Assembly (NCBI GenBank): GCA_965655875.1
Contig: CBFHIN010000001.1
Span: 11,114 to 75,113 of the forward strand
Reading direction: 5' to 3'
Origin: Litorivicinaceae bacterium
Lineage (GTDB): Bacteria; Pseudomonadota; Gammaproteobacteria; Pseudomonadales; Litorivicinaceae
Length of the DNA: 64,000 bases
The translations under genes were made by a program, and so were the position numbers. The first letter of the stretch is position 1. Each line of letters starts with the position of its first letter. Under the pieces are notes generated by a model. It had not been told where the DNA came from. It did no database searches and saw nothing but the letters and a program-made list of their open reading frames with translations. Shown in pieces: positions 52,269 to 64,000 of the stretch.

Positions 52269-53432
52269 ATGACCGATTTGACCTATTTCACCTCAGAATC
52301 TGTATCTGAAGGCCACCCGGATAAAATGGCTGACCAAATCTCAGATGCGATCCTCGATGCACTCATTACAGACGACAAGCACACGCGCGCTGGCATCGAG
52401 ACAATGGTCAAAACAGGCTTGGTTATCGTATCGGGTGAAGTCCGCACCAACACCTGGGTGGATATTGAAGACATCATCCGCCAAGTGGTCCTTGATATCG
52501 GGTACGACCACTCCTCACTAGGATTTGATGGAAACACCTGTGCCGTTTTGAACGGTATAGGGAAGCAATCACAAGATATCGCGCAAGGTGTGGATGAAAC
52601 AGAATCTCACGAACAGGGTGCTGGCGACCAAGGGTTGATGTTCGGCTACGCTACAAATGAAACAGACAGTCTGATGCCCGCTCCAATCCATTACTCGCAC
52701 AACTTGGTTCGTCGCCAAGCCGAAGTTCGTAAAAATGGCGATCTCCCATATCTTCGTCCCGATGCAAAAAGTCAGGTTACATTTGCTTACGATGGCGACA
52801 CTATCGTTGGGATTGATGCTGTTGTTCTCTCAACACAGCACGATGAAGACGTCTCATTAGAACAGCTTCAGCACGAAGTGAAAGAACACATCATCGCACC
52901 GGTATTACCGGAAGCATGGCTAACTGATCAAACGAAATACCACATCAATCCAACGGGGCGCTTCGTTATCGGTGGTCCAGTCGGCGATGCAGGACTTACC
53001 GGTCGCAAAATTATTGTCGACACATACGGCGGTATGGCACGTCACGGTGGCGGCGCTTTCTCTGGAAAAGATCCGTCAAAAGTTGACCGTTCAGCTGCTT
53101 ACGCTGCGCGGTATGTCGCAAAAAACCTTGTTGCCGCCGGCCTTGCTGAGCGCTGTGAAGTCCAAGTCTCCTATGCGATTGGTGTTGCAGAACCAACATC
53201 AATCCGAGTCGAAACATTTGGCACATCAAACTATACCAACGCACAATTGGATCAGCTGGTTCGCGCACACTTTGATCTGCGCCCGAGAGCAATCTCAACA
53301 ATGCTTGATCTCAATCGTCCGATTTACCGCCCAACGGCCGCCTATGGGCACTTTGGACGAAATGATTTGGATTTAACCTGGGAGCGCACTGATCGCGCAG
53401 ACGCATTAACTCAAGCAGCCGCAAAACTGTAA
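52269..53432 (+). CDS. metK: S-adenosylmethionine synthase
   Basis: [20 protein letters not shown]...[12 protein letters not shown]...[16 protein letters not shown]. Confidence 0.97.
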   Translation: MTDLTYFTSESVSEGHPDKMADQISDAILDALITDDKHTRAGIETMVKTGLVIVSGEVRTNTWVDIEDIIRQVVLDIGYDHSSLGFDGNTCAVLNGIGKQSQDIAQGVDETESHEQGAGDQGLMFGYATNETDSLMPAPIHYSHNLVRRQAEVRKNGDLPYLRPDAKSQVTFAYDGDTIVGIDAVVLSTQHDEDVSLEQLQHEVKEHIIAPVLPEAWLTDQTKYHINPTGRFVIGGPVGDAGLTGRKIIVDTYGGMARHGGGAFSGKDPSKVDRSAAYAARYVAKNLVAAGLAERCEVQVSYAIGVAEPTSIRVETFGTSNYTNAQLDQLVRAHFDLRPRAISTMLDLNRPIYRPTAAYGHFGRNDLDLTWERTDRADALTQAAAKL

Positions 53433-53450
53433 TCGAAACGAGGCACCATC

Positions 53451-54842
53451 ATGAGCGCATTACCGACTGACGTATTAAACGGCGACTACAAAATTAAAGA
53501 TCTGTCATTGGCGGATTGGGGCCGTAAAGAAATTCGCTTGGCTGAAAGCGAAATGCCTGCACTGATGCAACTTCGCGAGAAGTATGCAGCTGAACAGCCG
53601 CTGAAAAATGCAAAGATCATTGGCTGTATCCACATGACTGTGCAAACCGCCGTCTTGATTGAAACGCTCGTTGCTCTTGGAGCAGAGGTGCGCTGGAGCT
53701 CATGCAACATCTTCTCAACACAAGACGAAGCTGCTGCCGCCATGGTTGCTGCCGGAATTCCTGTCTATGCATGGAAAGGCCAAACCAACGAAGAAGGTGA
53801 ATGGTGTGTTGAGCAGACCATTTTGAAAGATGGCAAGCCATGGGACGCCAACATGCTTCTCGACGATGGCGGCGATTTGACTGCAATGGTTCACGAAAAG
53901 TATCCAGAAATGCTCGCTCACATTCACGGTGTCACTGAAGAAACAACAACGGGTGTCCACCGCCTGGTTGAGATGTTGAACAACGGTGAGCTCAAAATTC
54001 CAGCGATCAATGTTAATGATGCAGTAACCAAATCGAAGAATGACAATAAATACGGCTGTCGCCACTCGCTCAATGATGCGATTAAGCGCGGTACAGACAT
54101 GTTGATGTCAGGTAAGCGTGCATTGGTCATCGGTTACGGTGATGTTGGCAAAGGCTCTGCTCAAAGTCTGCGCCAAGAAGGCATGATTGTTCGTGTCACT
54201 GAATCTGATCCAATCTGTGCCATGCAAGCATGTATGGATGGATTTGAGGTTGTCAGCGCATACACAAATGGCCTCAAAACGAACAAAGTCGAAGACATCA
54301 ATACACGTCTTCTTGAAGACACCGATCTTCTCGTGACAACGACCGGCAATATCGATGTCTGTGACAGTGCAATGCTTCAGTGTCTTAAGAAGGGAACCAT
54401 TGTGTGTAACATTGGCCACTTTGATAACGAAATCGATACTGCGTATATGCGTAAAAACTGGCGCTGGGAAGAAGTAAAGCCACAAGTGCATCAAGTCTTC
54501 CGTTCGAATGCGAACGACGATTACTTGTTGCTTCTTGCCGAAGGCCGTCTCGTCAATCTTGGCAACGCGACTGGTCACCCTTCACGCATCATGGACGGTT
54601 CATTTGCAAACCAAGTCCTCGCTCAGATCGAAATGTATCAGCGTGGTTTCGCAAACCTTCCTGAAGCAGAAAAGGTAAACAATATTCAGATTGAAGTATT
54701 GCCAAAGCGTCTTGATGAAGAAGTCGCGCGTTGCATGGTTGAAGGGTTCGGTGGTGTCATCACCAAGCTAACAGAAGATCAGGCGAAGTATATTGGCGTC
54801 TCAGTCGACGGCCCATTCAAGCCAGAGACCTACAAGTACTAA
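53451..54842 (+). CDS. ahcY: Adenosylhomocysteinase
   Basis: [17 protein letters not shown]...[14 protein letters not shown]...GHFDNEID. Confidence 0.97.
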   Translation: MSALPTDVLNGDYKIKDLSLADWGRKEIRLAESEMPALMQLREKYAAEQPLKNAKIIGCIHMTVQTAVLIETLVALGAEVRWSSCNIFSTQDEAAAAMVAAGIPVYAWKGQTNEEGEWCVEQTILKDGKPWDANMLLDDGGDLTAMVHEKYPEMLAHIHGVTEETTTGVHRLVEMLNNGELKIPAINVNDAVTKSKNDNKYGCRHSLNDAIKRGTDMLMSGKRALVIGYGDVGKGSAQSLRQEGMIVRVTESDPICAMQACMDGFEVVSAYTNGLKTNKVEDINTRLLEDTDLLVTTTGNIDVCDSAMLQCLKKGTIVCNIGHFDNEIDTAYMRKNWRWEEVKPQVHQVFRSNANDDYLLLLAEGRLVNLGNATGHPSRIMDGSFANQVLAQIEMYQRGFANLPEAEKVNNIQIEVLPKRLDEEVARCMVEGFGGVITKLTEDQAKYIGVSVDGPFKPETYKY

Positions 54843-54844
54843 CA

Positions 54845-55552
54845 ATGCGAATACCTCGTCTGTATACGGAGACTGTTGGTCAAGTAACAGACGAGGTCGT
54901 TCTATCTGAACGCAATCATCACTACCTCTCGCGCGTTTTGCGTGCAAAAACAGAACAAACGATTGAGCTGTTTGACGGTAATGGGCGTACGTGCCAAGCA
55001 ACCATCAAAGACATCAGCAAACGCGAAACGACTGCCCAGATTCTGACTATTTCAGACACTCCAGATCGCCGCCTGCCAGTGACGCTCGCCATTGCACTGA
55101 TTAAATCAGACCGTTTTGACTGGGCACTACAGAAAGCAACTGAGCTCGGTGTGACTGCAATTCAGCCGATCATCACTCAATTCACGGATTCGCCACCGAA
55201 AGCTGATCGACTCGAGAAAAAATGGAATCACTGGCACGAGATTCTGGTAAGTGCATGCGAGCAATCTGAAAATAACTGGCTCCCTATTCTCAATAAACCA
55301 ATATCGCTTCATGAACTCTCGCTGGACGAACAATCGGTATTTGCACACCCGTCCAGCGAAACGACTCAAATCGATCCCTTGCAAAAGACACTCCTTTTGA
55401 TCGGCCCAGAAGGCGGCTTCAGTGAGGCAGAAGTCGATTCTCTCCAAAAAAAGCAGGTGAAACCGATGTCACTTGGCCCCAGAATACTGAGAACAGAGAC
55501 CGCAGCGATTGTTGGCCTCACCTTACTTGGACAGCAGTACGGTCAATACTAG
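54845..55552 (+). CDS. rsmE: 16S rRNA (uracil1498-N3)-methyltransferase
   Basis: MRIPRLY...HYLSRVLR...LLIGPEGGFSEAEV...LGPRILRTETA. Confidence 0.9.
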   Translation: MRIPRLYTETVGQVTDEVVLSERNHHYLSRVLRAKTEQTIELFDGNGRTCQATIKDISKRETTAQILTISDTPDRRLPVTLAIALIKSDRFDWALQKATELGVTAIQPIITQFTDSPPKADRLEKKWNHWHEILVSACEQSENNWLPILNKPISLHELSLDEQSVFAHPSSETTQIDPLQKTLLLIGPEGGFSEAEVDSLQKKQVKPMSLGPRILRTETAAIVGLTLLGQQYGQY

Positions 55553-55561
55553 GAAGGACTC

Positions 55562-56515
55562 GTGGGAACACAGACAAAGCGCATTGGATTTTGGATGGAT
55601 CCAATCGAGAACATTAAGCCATACAAAGACACGAGCTTCGCTTTGATGCTTGCGGCACAAGAGCTTGGGCATGAGATTGTGTATCTCCCCAAGAATGGCC
55701 TATCGCTACATCACGGCGAGGCAAAGGCCATCATGCAAGTGATCCAGGTCACCGATGGAGTGAAGGATAATTTTGCCACCCTGGGCGATCCCGCTCAGGA
55801 GCCGCTAACCAGCTTGGATGCCATCTTAATCCGCGTGGACCCACCGTTTGACAGCGAATATTTATACGGTACTCACATTCTGGAACGAGCGAAAAAGCAG
55901 GGCGTTAACGTAGTAAATGACCCGCAAGCAATTCGCGACTGTAACGAGAAGTTATTTGCCACAGAATTCAGTGCGCTGATGCCGAAGACGATCGTCTCAT
56001 CAAAACACGACGATATTCGCGCATTCCAAAAGACTCAGGGCGATGTCATTCTCAAACCCCTCGACGGAATGGGTGGTTCTGGAATCTTTAGAATCACAGC
56101 CGACGGTTTAAATTTAGGGGCTGTGTTAGAGACTCTTTCACCACAAGAATCTCGCCTCGTCATGGCGCAAGAATACCGCCCAGAAATCGTCGACGGCGAC
56201 CGACGCGTCCTGGTACTTCACGGAAAACCGATCTCGCATGTTCTGGCAAGAATCCCATCTCAGGGAGAAACGCGCGGGAATTTAGCAGCCGGTGGACGTG
56301 GCGTAGCGATGCCGATATCAGAACGAGAACGAGAGATCGCCGAGACTGTCGGCCCAACTCTTTCAGAGCGAGGTCTTTTATTTGTTGGACTCGACGTCAT
56401 CGGTGGTCATCTGACAGAAATCAATGTGACAAGCCCAACCTGTGTTCGAGAAATTGATGCGCAAGCGGGAACCACGATCGGACAAGACTTTTTCCAAGCA
56501 CTTTTTAATGAGTGA
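55562..56515 (+). CDS. gshB: Glutathione synthetase
   Basis: KRIGFWMDPIENIKPYKDTSFALML...KPLDGMGGSGIF...GNLAAGG. GTG start. Confidence 0.93.
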   Translation: MGTQTKRIGFWMDPIENIKPYKDTSFALMLAAQELGHEIVYLPKNGLSLHHGEAKAIMQVIQVTDGVKDNFATLGDPAQEPLTSLDAILIRVDPPFDSEYLYGTHILERAKKQGVNVVNDPQAIRDCNEKLFATEFSALMPKTIVSSKHDDIRAFQKTQGDVILKPLDGMGGSGIFRITADGLNLGAVLETLSPQESRLVMAQEYRPEIVDGDRRVLVLHGKPISHVLARIPSQGETRGNLAAGGRGVAMPISEREREIAETVGPTLSERGLLFVGLDVIGGHLTEINVTSPTCVREIDAQAGTTIGQDFFQALFNE

Positions 56516-56554
56516 GATACACTAATAGGCCGAGGCATTAAAGAGATCTAATCC

Positions 56555-57124
56555 ATGAAAAAAGATTCCGAACAAACGCTGTTTAACGGTCAATTTTTGG
56601 TATCAATGCCCGACTTGAAAGATGGAGTATTCGACTCATCGCTAGTTCTGATGTGTGAGCATGGAGAAAGCGGTGCGATGGGCTTTATCGTAAACAAACC
56701 AACTGAATTTTCCGTTCAAGAAATTTTTGAACAATTGGGCCTCGAGGCAGCCGACACTCTCGATGCCGATGTGCCTGTCATGACGGGTGGACCGGTTGAA
56801 CCGCAGCGTGGATTTTTATTGTCAAATCATCCAATTACTGACGATGTGGTCGAGGTCCTTGATGGACTGTACCTTGCATCAAGCCCAGATGTTCTTCCTC
56901 TCGCAGTCAATGCTCTCAACCAAGGTGATGCAATTTTCATTTTGGGATATTCCGGATGGTCTGAAGGCCAGCTTGAATCTGAAATGGCAGCCAATACTTG
57001 GATTAACGTGCCTTGGGATGCCGATGTTATCTTCCAAATTCCCACCGCCGACAGGCAGCGAGCTGCACTTGCACAGCTCGGCATCGATCCAATCCAGCTG
57101 TCACAGGGTGCAGGCCACGCCTAA
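56555..57124 (+). CDS. yqgE: YqgE/AlgH family protein
   Basis: GQFLVSMPDLKDGVFDSSLVLMCEHGESGAMGFIVNKP. Confidence 0.88.
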   Translation: MKKDSEQTLFNGQFLVSMPDLKDGVFDSSLVLMCEHGESGAMGFIVNKPTEFSVQEIFEQLGLEAADTLDADVPVMTGGPVEPQRGFLLSNHPITDDVVEVLDGLYLASSPDVLPLAVNALNQGDAIFILGYSGWSEGQLESEMAANTWINVPWDADVIFQIPTADRQRAALAQLGIDPIQLSQGAGHA

Positions 57125-57537
57125 TGCCTCTGGCACTTGGATTTGACTATGGGCTCACGCGTATCGGTGTCGCAACCGGTCAAACCCTGACACAAACTGC
57201 GAGCCCGCTGACAGCTATTTTAGCCAAAGACGGCATCCCGCAATGGGAGCAGATCGAACGACTACTCAAAGAATGGAAACCAGACGTCGTGGTGGTTGGC
57301 ATACCACTGCATGACGATGGATCGATGAGCGATATGGCAAATCGCGCAAAGAAATTTGGGCAACGCATCCATGGACGATTCGGTATCCAAGTCCAATTTG
57401 TCGACGAATACCTCAGCACACGCGAAGCACGCGAACATTTGAAGTTCAAAGGCAAAGCCAGCGACCAAGATGGTAAGCTAGATGCGACAGCTGCCAGCGT
57501 CATCCTCGAACGTTGGCTTGGAGAACAGCATGCGTGA
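57124..57537 (+). CDS. ruvX: Holliday-junction-resolvase-like pre-16S rRNA nuclease RuvX/YqgF
   Basis: MPLALGFDYGLTRIGVATGQ. TAATG junction with yqgE; the tracked 57013 start is an out-of-context extension. Confidence 0.9.
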   Translation: MPLALGFDYGLTRIGVATGQTLTQTASPLTAILAKDGIPQWEQIERLLKEWKPDVVVVGIPLHDDGSMSDMANRAKKFGQRIHGRFGIQVQFVDEYLSTREAREHLKFKGKASDQDGKLDATAASVILERWLGEQHA

Positions 57538-58033
57538 GATTCGATCTCAAAAAGCGACAGACAATGCGCTTCAAAGTTTGATCACCAAAGTACGCTCCGC
57601 GTATCCCAATGGCGCCCCCCTCGTCATTGGTATCCATACAGGTGGCGCTTGGGTCGCCTCGCGTTTGTGCGAGGAATTAAACTGGGGTCCTCCAGCAACA
57701 CTCGATATTTCCCTTTACCGTGATGACTTCGAGACCAGCGGACTCAAGCGCTCCGGAACCACCGACGGCATGCCGTCTCAATTAAACGGTGAGCAGATTT
57801 TGTTAATTGATGATGTGCTGTACACAGGCAGAACGATCCGCGCTGCAATCAATGTGCTATTCGACTATGGGCGCCCTGGAGCAATACATTTGGGAATTTT
57901 ATTCGATCGCGGTGGCCGCGAATTACCCATCGAACCAACTTTCCTTGGAGAATCTCTTGGCGAAGAAGGGGTTGGACGGTGTAAACTATCCGGACCTGAG
58001 CCATTAGTGCTCATGACCCCGGACTCGGAATAA
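57530..58033 (+). CDS. pyrR: Bifunctional pyr operon regulator / uracil phosphoribosyltransferase PyrR
   Basis: PRPP motif [17 protein letters not shown]. Start at ATG 57530, overlapping ruvX by 8 nt. Confidence 0.9.
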   Translation: MREIRSQKATDNALQSLITKVRSAYPNGAPLVIGIHTGGAWVASRLCEELNWGPPATLDISLYRDDFETSGLKRSGTTDGMPSQLNGEQILLIDDVLYTGRTIRAAINVLFDYGRPGAIHLGILFDRGGRELPIEPTFLGESLGEEGVGRCKLSGPEPLVLMTPDSE

Positions 58034-58041
58034 GGAACGCC

Positions 58042-59016
58042 ATGCACGGTCCAGCTGCGCTCCAGCTCACACCAGACGGACGATTGAAACATCTCCTGAC
58101 GACCGAAGGCCTTCCAAAATCCCTCATTACTGAACTTCTCGATACCGCCGAAACGTTCCTCTCATCACAGGGGCAACCAGTTAAAAAAGTACCGCTTCTT
58201 CGCGGAAAGACTGTCGTTAACTTGTTCTTTGAGAATTCCACAAGAACGCGCACAACCTTCGATATCGCTGCACATCGACTCAGCGCTGATGTTGTGAATC
58301 TTGATATCAGAACAAGCTCAGCTTCTAAAGGCGAGACGCTGTTCGACACGCTTAAAAACTTGGAAGCAATGCAGGCTGATTTGTTTGTCGTTCGGCACAG
58401 TGCCGGTGGGGCGCCGTTTTTTATCGCCAATCGCGTCACGCCAGACATCGCAGTGATCAATGCAGGCGATGGAACCCACGCGCATCCAACGCAAGCACTG
58501 CTCGATTTAATGACGATTCGAAAGCACCGAGGTGATCCGGCCAACCTCTCTGTCGCAATCGTTGGCGATCTAAAGCATTCGCGGGTCGCACGCTCGCTCA
58601 TCCATGGACTGCGCGGCATGGGCTGTGCCGATATTCGAGCCATCGGACCTGGAACACTACTTCCATCGGATCTAGGTCACCTGGGTGTAAACACCTTCCA
58701 CAACATCGAAGACGGCTTGAGCGGCGTTGATGTTGTGGTTTTACTCCGACTTCAAAAAGAGCGGATGACAAGCGCATTGTTACCCAGTGAACGCGAGTTC
58801 TTTAACCTGTATGGGATGACTGAATCACGCTTAAAACTTGCCAAAGATGATGCAATTGTAATGCACCCGGGGCCAATCAACCGAGGCGTTGAAATTGCCA
58901 ACGAGGTCGCCGACGGACCTCAAGCAGTGATCCTCGACCAAGTGACCAATGGCATCGCTGTTCGTATGGCGGTGATGGCAATGACACTATCAACACAGCA
59001 GGGCGGTCACTCATGA
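58042..59016 (+). CDS. pyrB: Aspartate carbamoyltransferase catalytic chain
   Basis: [28 protein letters not shown]. Confidence 0.96.
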   Translation: MHGPAALQLTPDGRLKHLLTTEGLPKSLITELLDTAETFLSSQGQPVKKVPLLRGKTVVNLFFENSTRTRTTFDIAAHRLSADVVNLDIRTSSASKGETLFDTLKNLEAMQADLFVVRHSAGGAPFFIANRVTPDIAVINAGDGTHAHPTQALLDLMTIRKHRGDPANLSVAIVGDLKHSRVARSLIHGLRGMGCADIRAIGPGTLLPSDLGHLGVNTFHNIEDGLSGVDVVVLLRLQKERMTSALLPSEREFFNLYGMTESRLKLAKDDAIVMHPGPINRGVEIANEVADGPQAVILDQVTNGIAVRMAVMAMTLSTQQGGHS

Positions 59017-60266
59017 GTGTGATCATTAGTAACGTGCAAATTATCTCACCGGGCAGCCCGTTACACGGTTCGACATCGGTCGGTATTGATCAAGGTGTAT
59101 TCGTTGACCCAAAAACGCTGACCGGTGCGACAGAGACCGATGGTCAATCCGCTTTGCTGGCGCCAGGACTGATTGATTTTAGAGTCAATCTGCGCGAACC
59201 GGGGCTCGAGCACAAAGGCACTATTGCATCAGAAACACGCGCAGCAATTGCTGGCGGAATCACGTCAGTTGTCGCAACGCCAACTACTGACCCAGTCGTC
59301 GATTCGCCAGCTGATGTGCGGCTTGTTTTGGAGCGTGCGAAAGCGTCAGGGCACTGTCGAGTTTTTCCAACCGCAATGCTGACCCAAGGTGGCCAAGGCA
59401 ATCACCTATCTGAAATGGCAGCACTCGTCGATGCAGGATGTGTTGCCTTAGCCCAAGGTAATCGCCCCTTTGGTTCACGAAAAATTCAGTTTAATGCGCT
59501 GAAATATGCCCAAAGTCTCGGCATTCGCGTAATCTTAGACTCTGAATCACGAGACTTCTCCGGCGGTTGTGCGCACGCGGGACAAATCGGGACTGGACTT
59601 GGGCTTCCGCTGAATTCACCGCTCTCTGAAACACTTGGACTGGGTGCTGATCTTGATCTTGTTGAGGCAACTGGAGCCTCTGTCCATTTTTCTCGTATCA
59701 CCACCAAAAAATCGGTTGATCGAATACGAAGGGCAAAAGCAAATGGCTTGGACATCAGTTGCGACGTAACACTTGCACATCTTCTCTATTCGGACAACGC
59801 AATCATTAATCTCGATCCGAACTTTCACTTAGAACGACCGCTGCGGACCGAGGAAGATCGACTTGCGCTTCTCGCCGGGATTAAAGATGGCACGATTGAT
59901 CTCATTGTTTCAGATCACGCACCACATGAAACAGGGGCCAAGCTCGCTCCATTTCCGGAAACAGAACAAGGGATGAGTCTAATCGAAGCAACAGTTCAAC
60001 TGTTGCTGACCCTCGATCAGAAAAATGAATTAGCTTTTGAGACCGCATTGGCAGCGATGACCACTCAACCTGCCAAACTCATCAACCGCAGTGATCTCGG
60101 CACTATCCAATACGGCCATCCCGCAGATTGCTTCCTCTTGGATCCATCAGCCACCACCTATTATGATCAGGATACGTGGCTTAGCATGGGTACCAATAGC
60201 CCAATCTACGGCCAGTCTTTAAAAGGACAGGTCGTCAGCGCTTGGATCAGCGGAACACCAGTTTAA
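59013..60266 (+). CDS. pyrC: Dihydroorotase-like protein, probably non-catalytic (PyrC' type)
   Basis: Amidohydrolase fold, but the N-terminal metal motif reads [10 protein letters not shown] instead of D-x-H-x-H-x-R-E-P-G. DHAPH is retained. ATGA overlap with pyrB. Confidence 0.8.
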   Translation: MSVIISNVQIISPGSPLHGSTSVGIDQGVFVDPKTLTGATETDGQSALLAPGLIDFRVNLREPGLEHKGTIASETRAAIAGGITSVVATPTTDPVVDSPADVRLVLERAKASGHCRVFPTAMLTQGGQGNHLSEMAALVDAGCVALAQGNRPFGSRKIQFNALKYAQSLGIRVILDSESRDFSGGCAHAGQIGTGLGLPLNSPLSETLGLGADLDLVEATGASVHFSRITTKKSVDRIRRAKANGLDISCDVTLAHLLYSDNAIINLDPNFHLERPLRTEEDRLALLAGIKDGTIDLIVSDHAPHETGAKLAPFPETEQGMSLIEATVQLLLTLDQKNELAFETALAAMTTQPAKLINRSDLGTIQYGHPADCFLLDPSATTYYDQDTWLSMGTNSPIYGQSLKGQVVSAWISGTPV

Positions 60267-60273
60267 GCCAACA

Positions 60274-60981
60274 ATGGACCGAGCTGCCGAACTCAAAAAC
60301 AACCTATCAGTAATCGAAGCTTCAATTAGACAGGCTGAATCGTTATCCGGTCGCGACCAAACATCGGTCAAACTACTTGCAGTTTCAAAAACCAAACCCG
60401 CTTCGGATATCAAATACCTCTATGACAGAGGCCAGCGCTCGTTTGGTGAAAATTATGTCCAAGAAGCTGTCGAAAAAATTCATTCACTCAGCGAGCTCGA
60501 TATTGACTGGCACTATATTGGTCATATCCAAAGTAACAAGACAAAGCTTATCGCAACAGAATTTGACTGGGTGCACACAGTCGATCGGGCCAAAATTGCA
60601 ACTCGCCTCAATGCGTCGAGAACAGGTCAGCCCCTGAATATCCTGATTCAGGTGAATGTTGACGATGCAGAGAGTAAGTCAGGTATTGCGCCGAACGAGC
60701 TAAAAGCGCTCGCTGAGGCCATTTGGGCGCTTCCTAACCTTCGTCTCCGAGGGCTCATGTCGATACCAGATCCGGTCAGCGAGAGCGATCTTCGATCTGC
60801 TCATCGAACGCTGAAGCTCCTGTTCGATGAAGTGAAAAGTGCCCATCCTTCACCTGCTATTTTTGATACGCTGTCGATGGGAATGACCAATGATTTAGAC
60901 CTCGCCATTGCCGAAGGAAGTACGATGGTCAGGATAGGCACGGCACTTTTTGGAGCACGCGCTAAAAAGGATACGCAATGA
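60274..60981 (+). CDS. yggS: YggS-family pyridoxal-phosphate homeostasis protein
   Basis: LLAVSKTKP (PLP Lys), FGENYVQE, HYIGHIQSNK, LSMGMTNDL. Confidence 0.92.
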   Translation: MDRAAELKNNLSVIEASIRQAESLSGRDQTSVKLLAVSKTKPASDIKYLYDRGQRSFGENYVQEAVEKIHSLSELDIDWHYIGHIQSNKTKLIATEFDWVHTVDRAKIATRLNASRTGQPLNILIQVNVDDAESKSGIAPNELKALAEAIWALPNLRLRGLMSIPDPVSESDLRSAHRTLKLLFDEVKSAHPSPAIFDTLSMGMTNDLDLAIAEGSTMVRIGTALFGARAKKDTQ

Positions 60982-61793
60982 AGCACATTATTGGATTTAT
61001 TGGTGGTGGTAATATGGCTCAAGCCGTTATTGCCGGACTTCTCAAAAGTGGCCGTGCAGCACACGAAATCTTAGTATCCGACCCAAATCCTGATTGCCGA
61101 ACTGCACTTCAACACATGGGAATTCAAGCGTTCCAAGAAAGCGAGTCTGTCATGGCAAAGGCGGATTTTATTGTGCTGGCTGTAAAACCTCAGATGATGG
61201 GCACAGTTCTCACCACGCTCACTGGGTTACTCCGCGATTCACAGGTCATTATCTCGATTGCTGCAGGAATTACGATTAACGGGATTCGGCATCAACTCAA
61301 CGAAGCGCAGAATCCGATTGTACGGGTGATGCCGAATACTCCAGCACTCATTGGTCAAGGCATGTCAGCGATGACATCTGATTCGATATTAAACGATTCA
61401 ATTAAAGATGCGGTGCAATCAATTTTCGAATCCTGTGGTCGTGCTCTCTGGGTCCCATCAGAAGAGGCGATCGACGCTGTCACCGCAGTCTCAGGGTCTG
61501 GGCCCGCGTATTTCTTTTTGATGATCGAAAATCTCATCAACTCCGGAATTCGATTGGGTCTCACTCCGGATGTTGCACGCGAACTTGTTATTCAGACTGC
61601 CAAAGGCGCCGCTGGCATGGTTGAACTATCTGATGTTGGACCTGACGTATTGCGCCAGCGGGTGACGTCGCCGGGAGGAACAACTCAAGCAGCCCTCGAG
61701 GTATTTCAAGAAGGCGATTTTGCAGATCTTCTCGACCGCGCCTTAATTGCAGCTCGCGATCGTGCCGGTGAGCTATCCAAAGACGCCTCCTAA
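60978..61793 (+). CDS. proC: Pyrroline-5-carboxylate reductase
   Basis: IGFIGGGNMAQAVIAGL...RVMPNTPALIG...SPGGTTQAAL. Confidence 0.95.
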   Translation: MKHIIGFIGGGNMAQAVIAGLLKSGRAAHEILVSDPNPDCRTALQHMGIQAFQESESVMAKADFIVLAVKPQMMGTVLTTLTGLLRDSQVIISIAAGITINGIRHQLNEAQNPIVRVMPNTPALIGQGMSAMTSDSILNDSIKDAVQSIFESCGRALWVPSEEAIDAVTAVSGSGPAYFFLMIENLINSGIRLGLTPDVARELVIQTAKGAAGMVELSDVGPDVLRQRVTSPGGTTQAALEVFQEGDFADLLDRALIAARDRAGELSKDAS

Positions 61794-61831
61794 AAAGTGC
61801 GATAGGCTTACGATTCAAGAAAGGGAATCCT

Positions 61832-62422
61832 ATGGAAGCAAATCTGATTTTTTACGTTCTCAATACCGCAATCTCAGTCATTGTTGCGTTGGTCAGTCTT
61901 CGCTTTTTATTGCAATTGGCTCAGGCCAATTTTTACAACCCAATTTCACAAGGAGTGAATCGGTTTACAGCACCCCTTACACGTATTTTTTCGGGGCTAC
62001 CAACGGTTGGTGCGGTAAACACAGGAGTATTAGTCGCAGCCATTGCCATCCAAGCGATCGGCGCAAGTGTTTGCATGATACTGCTGGGTGGGATGCCTGG
62101 AGTTTTGCAGATTATTATTTGGTCATTCCTATCTGTATTCGGTGTAATTCTTAATCTCGTTTTCTACGCCTTACTTGGCATGATTATCCTATCCTGGTTA
62201 GCTCCCAATGCATCGCACCCCGGGGCAGAGCTTTTGAATCAATTATCAGAGCCTTTCCTCGCGCCGTTTCGGAGATTTATGCCTGACCTCGGGGGACTTG
62301 ATCTGTCACCCATCATTTTATTTATCGTGATCAATTTGCTCGAGGCAATCGTGATTCGAGGTCCCGCACGTTCAATGGGAATGTCGTCGACCGTTGCTCA
62401 ATTCTTCGTCGGAATTAGCTGA
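61832..62422 (+). CDS. yggT: YggT-family membrane protein
   Basis: 196 aa, 4-5 TM helices, conserved yggS-proC-yggT order. Confidence 0.85.
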   Translation: MEANLIFYVLNTAISVIVALVSLRFLLQLAQANFYNPISQGVNRFTAPLTRIFSGLPTVGAVNTGVLVAAIAIQAIGASVCMILLGGMPGVLQIIIWSFLSVFGVILNLVFYALLGMIILSWLAPNASHPGAELLNQLSEPFLAPFRRFMPDLGGLDLSPIILFIVINLLEAIVIRGPARSMGMSSTVAQFFVGIS

Positions 62423-63558
62423 TGTCCTCATCGGTCGGGATTGTTACTCCCGAACTCATACCATTTGAAACGCCACTTGAACTCGAACGCGGTGAGCATC
62501 TACCGCGGTACGACCTCATGGTCGAGACCTACGGCGCGCTTAATGCAAATAAATCCAATGCCGTCCTTGTGTGTCATGCACTCAGTGGTGATCACCATGC
62601 TGCTGGATATTATGAGTCAACGTCGAATAAACCAGGTTGGTGGAATCACTATATTGGTCCTGACAAACCAATCGACACCAATCGATTTTTCGTTGTCAGT
62701 CTGAATAATTTAGGCGGATGCGCTGGCTCGACAGGTCCGCTATCGATGAATCCAGAGACTGGAGAAGCCTACGGCCCTGACTTTCCAGAAGTGACGGTGC
62801 TCGATTGGGTGCATTCTCAAGCGAGACTTGCTGATTATTTCGGCATCAATCAGTTTGCGGCTGTTGTCGGTGGTTCGCTCGGCGGCATGCAGGCATTGCA
62901 ATGGGCAATCACCTACCCAAACCGTCTTGGAGCAGCTGCAATTATCGCGGCCGCACCAAGACTGACGGCACAAAACATCGCCTTCAACGAAGTGGCCCGC
63001 CAAGCGATTATGCGCGACCCCAATTTCTTCGATGGAAACTACGCCGATCACGACGTAATTCCGGCATCTGGTGTTGGGTTAGCACGAATGGTCGGACACA
63101 TCACTTACCTGTCTGATGTGGCCATGGGCGAAAAATTTGGTCGTAGTTTACCCAGAGCAGATCGTGACGCTGAAGGCGTGAACTTCGCAGTTGAACAATA
63201 CTTGCGATACCAGGGGGAGCAATTCAGCGGACGGTTTGATGCCAATACCTACATATTAATGACACGCGCTCTCGACTATTTTGATCCAACTCAGAATGAG
63301 TCCATTCCTCTTGCGAACGTGTTACAAAGCACACTTTGTAAATTCCTTGTTCTATCGTTCACAACCGATTGGCGTTTCTCCCCTTCTCGATCTGAAGAGA
63401 TTGTTGATGCATTGATTCAAGCAGGTAAGCCTGTCAGTTACGCTCGGCTAGAATCTCAGCACGGACATGATGCGTTCCTTATTCCCGATCAAACTTATGA
63501 GCGAATATTCAAAGCATTTATGGATCGAGTACATGAAGAACTGGAGGGTGATCGATGA
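62422..63558 (+). CDS. metX: Homoserine O-acyltransferase MetX (acetyl versus succinyl specificity not decidable here)
   Basis: [24 protein letters not shown] (nucleophile Ser), GHDAFL. Followed by metW. Confidence 0.93.
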   Translation: MSSSVGIVTPELIPFETPLELERGEHLPRYDLMVETYGALNANKSNAVLVCHALSGDHHAAGYYESTSNKPGWWNHYIGPDKPIDTNRFFVVSLNNLGGCAGSTGPLSMNPETGEAYGPDFPEVTVLDWVHSQARLADYFGINQFAAVVGGSLGGMQALQWAITYPNRLGAAAIIAAAPRLTAQNIAFNEVARQAIMRDPNFFDGNYADHDVIPASGVGLARMVGHITYLSDVAMGEKFGRSLPRADRDAEGVNFAVEQYLRYQGEQFSGRFDANTYILMTRALDYFDPTQNESIPLANVLQSTLCKFLVLSFTTDWRFSPSRSEEIVDALIQAGKPVSYARLESQHGHDAFLIPDQTYERIFKAFMDRVHEELEGDR

Positions 63559-64000
63559 TCTCACATTCCCACCAGATTCCAGACTGGATTACCCATCGCT
63601 CGCGCGTCTTAGATCTTGGTTGTGGCGATGGCCGACTCTTAGCACAGCTGGTAAAAACACATGCCGTTGATGCACTCGGTCTGGAACTTGATCCTGAAAA
63701 AATTGCACTCTGTCTTGATCAAGGATTGAGCGTAGTTCAACAGGATTTGAACCAAGGCTTATCTAATTTTAATGATCACCAATTCGATACAGTGATCATG
63801 ACCCAAACACTGCAGGCCATTCGGAGACCAGACAGAGCACTCTCTGAAATGTTACGCGTTGGCCGTGAAGCCATTGTCACTTTTCCGAACTTCGCATACA
63901 TCAGAAACCGCTTTCAGTTGGGTCTCGCAGGGCATATGCCGGTCAATCCTCAGCTACCAAATCCTTGGTACGACACCCCAAATATCCACCTTTCGACGTT
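63555..64000 (+). CDS. metW: Methionine biosynthesis protein MetW (partial; runs off window end)
   Basis: Own translation: [32 protein letters not shown]...[14 protein letters not shown]...[17 protein letters not shown] overlap with metX. Not in the ORF track because it is open-ended. Confidence 0.9.
   Translation, partial: MISHSHQIPDWITHRSRVLDLGCGDGRLLAQLVKTHAVDALGLELDPEKIALCLDQGLSVVQQDLNQGLSNFNDHQFDTVIMTQTLQAIRRPDRALSEMLRVGREAIVTFPNFAYIRNRFQLGLAGHMPVNPQLPNPWYDTPNIHLST

Noticed and set aside
54108-54578. 156-aa minus-strand ORF
   Set aside because: Antisense to ahcY, whose identity is unambiguous.
58011-58643. 210-aa minus-strand ORF
   Set aside because: It lies entirely antisense to pyrB, whose catalytic motifs are intact. 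Its Arg/Ser/Ala-rich composition is typical of an antisense frame in a mid-GC gene, and it has no RBS or family resemblance.

Overview
Gene-dense chromosomal segment (well over 90% coding by my calls) from a gammaproteobacterium. Many gene junctions are 1-4 nt start/stop overlaps. Gene order resembles Pseudomonas, Oceanospirillales or Cellvibrionales: tsaE-amiB-(HD)-mutL; rpsF-rpsR-membrane-rplI running into efp-epmA-orn; hisZ-purA-hfq; parC-serB; ybbN-glnS-murQ; ygfB-pepP-ubiH-ubiI-ribE-epmB-kef opposite TIGR02449-zapA-6S RNA-ygfA; ilvA / rpiA-serA; tkt-epd-pgk-fba; metK-ahcY-rsmE-gshB-yqgE-ruvX-pyrR-pyrB-pyrC'; yggS-proC-yggT-metX-metW. I call about 72 CDS and one ncRNA (6S RNA). I saw no rRNA, tRNA, CRISPR array, IS or transposase. 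Less ordinary blocks: (i) a regulator-less sulfide-oxidation cluster (split YeeE/YedE pair, persulfide dioxygenase, DUF442, SQR, SulP); (ii) sufE plus an Rrf2-regulated sufBCDS-sufT-Rieske operon extended by an AbrB-duplication membrane protein and a NUDIX gene; (iii) a CarH/LitR-type MerR-B12-domain regulator locus with 11-bp-phased repeats; (iv) a MazEF-type toxin-antitoxin pair between serA and fba; (v) an untracked 30-codon membrane-peptide ORF with its own promoter-like signal. I do not see a convincing multi-gene novel system such as a defence island. The best leads are the variant LitR-type locus and the small ORF. All functional calls come from reading translated sequence and recalling family motifs; no database search was run.
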